Part shown: in pieces, positions 22,863 to 29,450 of the stretch
Position numbering within the stretch: position 1 is the first letter of the stretch
Layout: each line of letters opens with the position of its first letter
NCBI GenBank assembly: GCA_037139635.1
Contig: JBAXFW010000001.1
Location: 1-29,450, forward strand
Direction of reading: 5' to 3'
DNA length: 29,450 nt
Source of the DNA: a bacterium
Lineage (GTDB): Bacteria; Patescibacteriota; Minisyncoccia; Phycocordibacterales; UBA9973
Made by a program: the position numbers and the translations under genes
The notes under the pieces: generated by a model
What the model saw: only the letters and a program-made list of their open reading frames with translations
What the model was told of the DNA's origin: nothing
The model's database searches: none

Positions 22863-25800
22863 ATGGAAAAATCAAGTAATGCACTAAGGGAAGAGGAGAC
22901 TTTAAAATTCTGGAAAGAGAATAATATTTTTCAGAAATCTTTAGATAAAGAAGCACCACGAGGTAAATATGTTTTTTATGATGGTCCTCCTTTTGCTACG
23001 GGGACTCCTCACTATGGGCATATACTTGGTAGCACTGCAAAAGATGTCATCGGACGATATCAAACGATGCGAGGGTTTACGGTGCCGAGACGTTGGGGTT
23101 GGGATTGTCACGGATTGCCGATTGAAAATATTGTTGAAAAAGATTTAGGAATCTCTGGTAAAAAGGCAATTGAAGAATTGGGTATTGATAAATTTGTGGA
23201 ACACGCTCGAAGTAAGGTATTGACCTATGTCGCTGTTTGGGAAAAGACTATTGATCGTATTGGGCGATGGGTTGATTTTAGTAATTCATATAAGACGATG
23301 GATAATACTTTCATTGAAAGTGTTTGGTGGGCGCTTGGTGAATTAAATAAAAAAGGATTGCTTTACGAAGGAGTAAGAGTACTCGCATATTGTCCTCGTT
23401 GCGAGACGCCAATAGCAAACTCTGAAATTGCTATGGATAATAGTTATAAAGATATAACCGATATTTCTGTTTATGTAAAATTTAAGATATTGTCCTCGCC
23501 TGATATGTACCTTCTTGCCTGGACTACGACTCCGTGGACATTGCCAGGGAATACTGCAATTGCAATAAATAAAGACATAATTTATGTAAAAGCAAAAGTA
23601 GGAAACGATATTCTTATTTTAGCAAAAGAAACTGTCGCCAATGTTTTGAAGGATAAAGAATTTAGTATTCTTGGAGAAATAAAAGGTTCTGAATTTATTG
23701 GTCTTTCATATGAGCCGGTATTTAATTATTACAAAAATATTGATATGCCAAATAAAGAAAATATTTGGAAAGTTTGGCATGCAGATTTTGTGACTCTTGA
23801 TAAAGGTACAGGTATTGCTCATGAAGCACCCGCTTTCGGTGAAGAAGATATGGGACTTGCAAAAGAGCACAATATTCCATTTATAAGACACGTCGAACCA
23901 AATGGAACGTTTTCAAAAGAAGTTACAGATTTTGTTGGAATTAAAGTAAAACCAAAAGATGACTCTTCGGGTACCTCAGGGCAAGTCGGCCAATCGACTG
24001 ATGTTTTGATAATTAAATATTTAGCAGGAACCGGAAGTTTATTTGCGAAAGAAAAAATAATTCACTCATATCCTCATTGTTATCGTTGTGAGACTCCACT
24101 TTTGTATTATGCACTACCATCTTGGTTTGTGAATATACAAAAAGTTAAAAGTGATATGTTGAAAAATGCAGAAACCATGAATTGGGTTCCTGCGCATTTA
24201 AAAGATGGGCGTTTTCGAAATACTATGGAGGCTGCTCCTGATTGGACTATTTCACGAAATCGCTATTGGGCAAGCCCACTTCCTTTTTGGAAATCAGAAT
24301 CTGGAAAAATAATGTTTGTAAATTCTATTGATGACTTAAAAGCTAAAACTAAAAAATCAGGTAATAAGTATTTTGTCATGCGACACGGTGGGGCAGAAAG
24401 TAACATCAAAGGAATTATAAGTTCAAAGGTTGAAGACGTAGACCACTTAACTGAAGAGGGCAAACAACAAGTTTTAGCTTCCGCTTTAGAATTAAAAGAT
24501 AAAAAAATTGATTTAATTATTTATTCAGATTTCATGCGAACGAAAGAAACTTCTCAAATTGTGAAAAAAGAATTAAATATCCAAGACGAGAATTATTTTT
24601 CAGATGAGCGTTTGTGGGAATTGGGAGCCGGAGTTTTTGATGGTAAGACTTGGAGAGAATATTTAGACATAAGAGAGAAAGAAGATAGATATTATTACAA
24701 ACCTGAGGGAGGAGAGTCGCACCATGATGTTAAATTGAGAATTGCAGAATTTCTATATGATTTAGAAAATAAATATAAAGGCAAAAATATTCTCATTATT
24801 ACCCATGAATTACCAGCACGGATGTTTTTGGTTGGCACAAAAGGTATTGATGATACTGAGACAATACTTGAACTAGAAAATAAAATAAAGAATTTCAACA
24901 ATGCAGAAGTAGCAGAAGTACCATTTGTTCCTTTACCTCACAACCGTGACCATAACCTTGATTTACATAGACCATATATTGATGATATAACTCTTGTCGA
25001 TGAGCTAGGAGAGGAGTATAAAAGAGTTCCTGAAGTTATTGATTGTTGGTTTGAGTCAGGTTCTATGCCTTTTGCGCAAGATCATTTTCCATTTGAAAAT
25101 CCAAATTGGCAGAAAGAAAATTTTCCTGCAGGATTTGTTGCAGAATATATTGCTCAGACACGTACTTGGTTTTATTACACCCATGTTATTTCTTCGACCT
25201 TATTTAATGAGGCGCCATTCAAAAATGTCGTCACGACTGGAACGATACTTGCTGAGGACGGACAGAAAATGTCAAAGTCTAAAAATAATTTTCCAGATCC
25301 ATGGATTTTATTTGATAAATACGGAGTAGATGCACTTAGATTTTATTTGATGTCGTGTCCAGTAATGAAAGGGGAAGATATTAATTTCTTAGAAAAAGCA
25401 GTACAAGATATTGCCAACAAAATAGTTGGAAGATTGAGTAATGTTTTAGCTTTTTATGAGCTTTACCGAGAAAGAGAATTAGAAACAGAAGAATGTAAAA
25501 ATCCCAGTAATGTTTTGGATCAATGGATCCTTTCTCGCCTAAATGAATTGGTAGTAGAAGTTACTAGTGGCATGGAAGCTTATGATATGGCTCAAGCTAC
25601 TCGACCATTTGAATTATTTATCGAGGATCTTTCTACTTGGTATTTGCGTCGTTCAAGAGATGCTATTAAAGAAGGAAATAAAGAAACTAAAAAAGTTTTA
25701 TGGCATGTGCTGAAAACCATAGCTGTGTTGTTGGCGCCTCTCACTCCTTTTGTCTCAGAAAGTATTTGGCAAAAATTAAAAAAAGAAAACGAAGCAGAAA

Positions 25801-26324
25801 GTGTCCATTTGGTGAATTGGCCGGAAGCAGGAGAAATAGATGAAGTTGTAATAGAAAATATGGTAGAAGTGAGAAGAATTGTTTCTCTGGGATTAGAAGC
25901 TAGACAGAAAGCTAGTATCAAGGTTCGTCAGCCTCTTGGACAATTGCGAATAAAAAATTACGAATTAGGAATTGAGTACGGAGAATTAATAAAAGATGAA
26001 TTGAATGTAAAAGAGGTAATTGAAGATAGAAATATTGAAGAAGTAGTTTTACTTAATACAAATATTACTGAAGATCTAAAAAAGGAAGGGGACTATCGTG
26101 AGCTCGTAAGAGCAATTCAAGATATTCGTAAAAAAGAGGGACTCACTCCAAGTGATGTCATAACGCTATCACTTGAGACAAACGAAGAAGGGAAAAAACT
26201 TGTACAAAAATTCGAAAATGAAATAAAGAAAACCGTCTTGGCTTCTATGATAAAATTTGAAGTTATTTCAGAGGAAGAAATAAAAATCAATGATTTGGTA
26301 TTTAAAATATCAGTTCAAAAATAA
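22863..26324 (+). CDS. ileS: Isoleucine--tRNA ligase, type 2, with an inserted histidine-phosphatase domain
   Basis: FYDGPPFATGTPHYGH, GWDCHGLP, WTTTPWTLP, GTGIAH (editing), WTISRNRYWASP, AEYIAQTRTWFY, KMSKS, WYLRRSR and IleRS2-type C-terminus EGDYRELVRAIQDIRK. Insert RHG...THE at ~24364-24925. Confidence 0.97.
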   Translation: MEKSSNALREEETLKFWKENNIFQKSLDKEAPRGKYVFYDGPPFATGTPHYGHILGSTAKDVIGRYQTMRGFTVPRRWGWDCHGLPIENIVEKDLGISGKKAIEELGIDKFVEHARSKVLTYVAVWEKTIDRIGRWVDFSNSYKTMDNTFIESVWWALGELNKKGLLYEGVRVLAYCPRCETPIANSEIAMDNSYKDITDISVYVKFKILSSPDMYLLAWTTTPWTLPGNTAIAINKDIIYVKAKVGNDILILAKETVANVLKDKEFSILGEIKGSEFIGLSYEPVFNYYKNIDMPNKENIWKVWHADFVTLDKGTGIAHEAPAFGEEDMGLAKEHNIPFIRHVEPNGTFSKEVTDFVGIKVKPKDDSSGTSGQVGQSTDVLIIKYLAGTGSLFAKEKIIHSYPHCYRCETPLLYYALPSWFVNIQKVKSDMLKNAETMNWVPAHLKDGRFRNTMEAAPDWTISRNRYWASPLPFWKSESGKIMFVNSIDDLKAKTKKSGNKYFVMRHGGAESNIKGIISSKVEDVDHLTEEGKQQVLASALELKDKKIDLIIYSDFMRTKETSQIVKKELNIQDENYFSDERLWELGAGVFDGKTWREYLDIREKEDRYYYKPEGGESHHDVKLRIAEFLYDLENKYKGKNILIITHELPARMFLVGTKGIDDTETILELENKIKNFNNAEVAEVPFVPLPHNRDHNLDLHRPYIDDITLVDELGEEYKRVPEVIDCWFESGSMPFAQDHFPFENPNWQKENFPAGFVAEYIAQTRTWFYYTHVISSTLFNEAPFKNVVTTGTILAEDGQKMSKSKNNFPDPWILFDKYGVDALRFYLMSCPVMKGEDINFLEKAVQDIANKIVGRLSNVLAFYELYRERELETEECKNPSNVLDQWILSRLNELVVEVTSGMEAYDMAQATRPFELFIEDLSTWYLRRSRDAIKEGNKETKKVLWHVLKTIAVLLAPLTPFVSESIWQKLKKENEAESVHLVNWPEAGEIDEVVIENMVEVRRIVSLGLEARQKASIKVRQPLGQLRIKNYELGIEYGELIKDELNVKEVIEDRNIEEVVLLNTNITEDLKKEGDYRELVRAIQDIRKKEGLTPSDVITLSLETNEEGKKLVQKFENEIKKTVLASMIKFEVISEEEIKINDLVFKISVQK
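23963..23985 (+). repeat. Short repeat element inside ileS
   Basis: CTCTTCGGGTACCTCAGGGCAAG; same flanking words as the glyA copy at 16448, including the preceding GATGA. Confidence 0.7.
25942..25976 (+). repeat. Phased heptamer tract inside ileS
   Basis: AATTGCG AATAAAA AATTACG AATTAGG AATTGAG: five AAT-starting 7-mers, one identical to the unit at 337-357. Confidence 0.55.
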
Positions 26325-26334
26325 AGCTATTTTG

Positions 26335-26343
26335 TGATAAAAT
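26335..26343 (+). promoter_or_regulatory. Extended -10 (TGaTAAAAT), probably leaderless
   Basis: 6 nt upstream of ATG 26350. Confidence 0.65.
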
Positions 26344-26349
26344 AGATGT

Positions 26350-26934
26350 ATGAAAAAAGTATTTATCGTACATGGTTTCGGGGGAATACCCAATGGAGGA
26401 TGGTTACCATGGTTAATGCAGGAATTAGCAAAAAAGGGAATATATGCTTGTGTTTTGCCGATGCCAGATTCTAAAAAACCAGTTGTGCTAAGGTGGTTAG
26501 AAGAAATTTCTCATGCTGTAGATAATTCTCCCGAGGATGAAATATTTTTACTAGGGCACTCCTTGGGAGCAACAGCAGTAATGAAATACTTAGAAAGTAT
26601 TTCAGAAAATGAAAATATTTCAGGTGTTGTTTTAGTTTCTGGTTTAATTAGTCCACTAGACCCAGAAAATATAAATAGTAATTATAGGGCAATTGATTCT
26701 TTTGTTGTTCCTCAAATTGATTTGGCAAAAGTGAAAGGTAAAGTAAGTAAAATTGTCGTTTTACATAGCACGGATGATCCAGCTGTGCCATTTTCACATG
26801 CAGAGAAAATTTCTAGTGCGCTAGATTGCAAGCTCGAAAAACTAGAAAAAGGAGGGCATTTTTACATTTTATCAGAACCAATTTGTTACGAATTCCCAAA
26901 GGTGCTTGAAGTTCTAGGTTGGATCTTAGAATAA
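26350..26934 (+). CDS. RBBP9/YdeN-family alpha/beta hydrolase
   Basis: IVHGFGG, nucleophile elbow GHSLG, STDDPAVP, GGHF triad histidine. Confidence 0.9.
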   Translation: MKKVFIVHGFGGIPNGGWLPWLMQELAKKGIYACVLPMPDSKKPVVLRWLEEISHAVDNSPEDEIFLLGHSLGATAVMKYLESISENENISGVVLVSGLISPLDPENINSNYRAIDSFVVPQIDLAKVKGKVSKIVVLHSTDDPAVPFSHAEKISSALDCKLEKLEKGGHFYILSEPICYEFPKVLEVLGWILE

Positions 26935-26961
26935 GGTACTTCTCTTTAAATAGTTTTTTTG

Positions 26962-26970
26962 TGGTAAAAT
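26962..26970 (+). promoter_or_regulatory. Extended -10 (TGgTAAAAT), probably leaderless
   Basis: 6 nt upstream of ATG 26977. Confidence 0.65.
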
Positions 26971-26976
26971 ATAAAA

Positions 26977-27597
26977 ATGAAGTTAAAAAAGCTTGAACAA
27001 TCAGGGTTTATTTTTGAAACAGACAAAGGATTTCGTTTGGCTATTGATGTCGGTAATAAAACCCCCATTTCTATTTTGGAAAACATACATGTTGATGCGA
27101 TGATAGTATCCCATATACACGGCGATCATTTTTCATTGGAGCAAATTGAAAAATTGGCGCCAAAGAAGTTATACGTAAGTGATGAATGCATAAAAACTAT
27201 CAACAAGGATATTTCTCCAATTGAGCTTGTAAAAATAAAAGCTGATAGTCAAATTAAAATTGAAGATATTGATGTTTCAATTTTTGAAACGGACCATGGG
27301 CCAAATACTTCGTTCCTATTAAAAGAAAATCTTGGTTTTTTGTTTACGATAGATGGTGAAAAAATATATCACCCAGGAGACATATTTTATGAATCTGGAA
27401 TAGATGTAACAAATCTAGAAGTTGATTATGTATTATTGCCAGTCGGAACATATTACACTTTTGGGCCCAAAGAAGCATTTGATTTTGTGAAAAAATTTAA
27501 AAAAATTAAGAAAATAATTTCTATGCATTACGACAAAACACCAGAAACAAAAGAAGAATTTATAAAATTAGCGCAAGGTCATTTTGCAGTAGAATAA
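26977..27597 (+). CDS. Metallo-beta-lactamase-fold hydrolase (UlaG/L-ascorbate-utilisation-like)
   Basis: SHIHGDH, TDHG, IYHPGD, LLPVG, SMHY. Confidence 0.88.
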   Translation: MKLKKLEQSGFIFETDKGFRLAIDVGNKTPISILENIHVDAMIVSHIHGDHFSLEQIEKLAPKKLYVSDECIKTINKDISPIELVKIKADSQIKIEDIDVSIFETDHGPNTSFLLKENLGFLFTIDGEKIYHPGDIFYESGIDVTNLEVDYVLLPVGTYYTFGPKEAFDFVKKFKKIKKIISMHYDKTPETKEEFIKLAQGHFAVE

Positions 27598-27606
27598 TAT
27601 ATAAAT

Positions 27607-28173
27607 ATGGATCAATTTTTAATTGAAGCAAGAAAATTAGCTTATGGGGAGGTTGAGAAAACAGGAATGCCTATTAAATTGCACGTTGATTTAGCGACTG
27701 AAACAGCACAGAGACTTGCTAAAGAATTAGGAGCTAATATTAAAATTGTTGAAGCAGGAACATTGCTCATGGATTGTTTAATAGGACAAGCCATGAAAGA
27801 AAATCGATCTAATGAGCATGTAAATATGTCTCTTGCAAAAGCGAATGAATTACTAGACGCGTCGTCTCTTTCTCTAGATGAAAAAGAAAATATACGACAT
27901 TGTATCTTGGAACATCATGGCGTAAAGAGTTTTTACTCAATTGAGTCTGAGGTTTGTTGTAATGCTGATTGTTATAGATTTATTTCTATTAAAGGTTTTT
28001 CATATGCAATGAGGTATTTAAGAGGGATGCCATTTGAAAATTTAGTTAATTTGTTAAGTGCTAAAGCAGAAGAAAAATGGAATGCATTAAGTTTGGATGT
28101 TTCAAAAAATGAATTAAGTAATCAATATAAATTAATAATGTCACTACTGGCAACTCTATCAAGTAAGAGTTAG
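27607..28173 (+). CDS. HD-domain-like protein with a degenerate HD motif
   Basis: LHV...EAGTLLMDC (MD where HD is expected), NEHV, ILEHHG, NAD; helical pattern typical of HD/HDIG proteins. Confidence 0.6.
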   Translation: MDQFLIEARKLAYGEVEKTGMPIKLHVDLATETAQRLAKELGANIKIVEAGTLLMDCLIGQAMKENRSNEHVNMSLAKANELLDASSLSLDEKENIRHCILEHHGVKSFYSIESEVCCNADCYRFISIKGFSYAMRYLRGMPFENLVNLLSAKAEEKWNALSLDVSKNELSNQYKLIMSLLATLSSKS

Positions 28174-28185
28174 TTTTTTTAAAAA

Positions 28186-29418
28186 ATGGAAAAAATACAA
28201 AACAATACTGAGAATAAAGATAATTCGAAAAAGTTTGAAAATGTACAAGAGGAGCTTTTAGATTACCAGTTTCAATATATTGAAAAACTAGAGAAGGGAC
28301 AAATTGTAATTCCTGAAGAAGAAAAAGATGGGGATGAAGGGTACCAAAAATTTAAGAAAAATTTTAAAGATAATTTAGATAATACTTTTTCTAAATATTT
28401 ACTTGAATATACTCTTTTTTACCATAAACTAGCAGAAAATTATGAAAAAAGAATTGATAAAAAAAATCTTAAGCCACATGGCTTTGATGAGTTCGCACAA
28501 AATATCTTTAATGAAATAGGTAGCATTTATTATTCCGGTGACAAAGATTGGAAAGAAAAAATTTTAATCCTTATTAGGAATAAATTAGAAGAAATAGGCC
28601 CAGAAATAAAAGGACAAAACGATAATGAAGAAAAAGAAAATCTTGGCTTACTTCATGCAAACATAACAAATGAAAAGAAACTTGGCTCTTTTGGTGTTGG
28701 ACCCAATGATCTATGTATGAATATTCATCTTGCAGATCTTTATAAACAAAAAGAGGAAAATAATGAAATAAAAAATATACATTCATTAGATAGCTTGGCT
28801 CAAGTAGCCAATAGTATAGTTGATAAATATCCATATATTAAGGCTGTAATTGGAAAATCATGGCTTATTGATTCGGCGTATGGAAGGAGGTATGGTTTTA
28901 TAAAATACGATGAAAATAAAAATTTAAGGAATGGTGGTTTTTGGGGTCAGTTTATTGACCAGAATGGTAAAATAAAAAAAGAAGAAATAGATAAGTTTTT
29001 AGAAACAGGGAAAGCTGAGCATATTGTTGCCATGGGTTTTATTAAAGTTGAAGATTTTCTTGAAAAATATTTACCTAAAGATAGAAAAGGTGACGTAGAG
29101 TTGGCTGATTTAACAAAAGAATCTTTGGATTTTGGAAAAGATATAGATAGGATTTCAAAAGAAATAAATGAAAAGTGGGAAAGTCTTTCAGCTGATGAAA
29201 TAATTTCATTATTAAAAAGTAATGACCTTTCTAGGCCATATTTTGAATCAGAAGATGGGAAAAAATTTATAGAAATGGTAAGAGCAATGAAAAAGGCTGG
29301 GGTAAGAGATAGAAGAGATTTTGTATATGAAAATAAGAATGATATAAATGGTAAAATGGGAAAGTTTATTACAGATAATAGGAGTAAGTATGAAAAAAGA
29401 AAAGTTTTAATTAATTAA
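28186..29418 (+). CDS. Hypothetical protein, E/K-rich, soluble
   Basis: 410-codon ORF with genome-typical codon usage and no recognised family. The IGKSWLID segment weakly recalls GNAT-like C-terminal domains. Confidence 0.7.
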   Translation: MEKIQNNTENKDNSKKFENVQEELLDYQFQYIEKLEKGQIVIPEEEKDGDEGYQKFKKNFKDNLDNTFSKYLLEYTLFYHKLAENYEKRIDKKNLKPHGFDEFAQNIFNEIGSIYYSGDKDWKEKILILIRNKLEEIGPEIKGQNDNEEKENLGLLHANITNEKKLGSFGVGPNDLCMNIHLADLYKQKEENNEIKNIHSLDSLAQVANSIVDKYPYIKAVIGKSWLIDSAYGRRYGFIKYDENKNLRNGGFWGQFIDQNGKIKKEEIDKFLETGKAEHIVAMGFIKVEDFLEKYLPKDRKGDVELADLTKESLDFGKDIDRISKEINEKWESLSADEIISLLKSNDLSRPYFESEDGKKFIEMVRAMKKAGVRDRRDFVYENKNDINGKMGKFITDNRSKYEKRKVLIN

Positions 29419-29450
29419 ATGCACCACATATATCACACAGAAGGAATAAT
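29419..29450 (+). CDS. recO: Probable N-terminus of DNA repair protein RecO (runs off window)
   Basis: ATG directly after the upstream stop gives MHHIYHTEGII, which resembles the RecO first strand (xYxTEGII). Only 10 codons are visible. Confidence 0.45.
   Translation, partial: MHHIYHTEGI

Noticed and set aside
1689-28834. Short ORFs of 60-120 aa overlapping long genes (e.g. 1689-1949, 7118-7477, 10496-10768, 14362-14586, 25592-25921)
   Set aside because: They are antisense or alternative-frame shadows of well-supported genes, with no recognisable motifs or independent start signals.
26350-29418. Anti-phage defence island
   Set aside because: The hydrolase, MBL, HD-like and hypothetical genes show no motif combination I can tie to a known defence system, and at least two have separate promoters.
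1-29450. Alternative genetic code (UGA = Gly, as in Gracilibacteria/Absconditabacteria)
   Set aside because: All conserved genes are full length under code 11, and TGA ends genes at ATGA overlaps (4376-4379, 11267-11270, 18046-18049).

Overview
AT-rich, densely packed chromosomal window from a reduced-genome bacterium using standard code 11. Gene content and style point to Patescibacteria/CPR, probably Parcubacteria (Nomurabacteria-like); this is an inference, not a database result. Gene order: 3' end of a Cys-rich repeat surface protein; a type IV pilus locus (pilB, pilC and four minor pilins of FimT/PilV/PilW/PilX type); tpiA, pgk, HIT hydrolase (-); recJ, rnhA, GNAT; a split ComEC (channel gene and separate metallo-beta-lactamase gene) with sod (-) between the halves; glyA, NUDIX, tmk, NUDIX, dut; argS; a Cys-rich zinc-ribbon protein; a T-box leader and type 2 ileS; three hydrolase-like genes, a hypothetical protein and probably the start of recO. 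No rRNA, tRNA, CRISPR array, transposase or reverse transcriptase was seen. The most notable items are: (1) a compact Ile T-box with an ultrashort stem I but an intrinsic terminator; (2) a lectin-like DUF1566 domain inserted inside a minor pilin; (3) small repeat or palindrome elements inserted in frame into glyA, ileS, recJ and possibly comEC; (4) a histidine-phosphatase domain inside IleRS; (5) a candidate ~140-nt RNA divergent from the T-box that may share a palindromic -35; (6) a recurring -10 box 6-7 nt before ATG, implying leaderless mRNAs. All family assignments are by motif recognition by eye.
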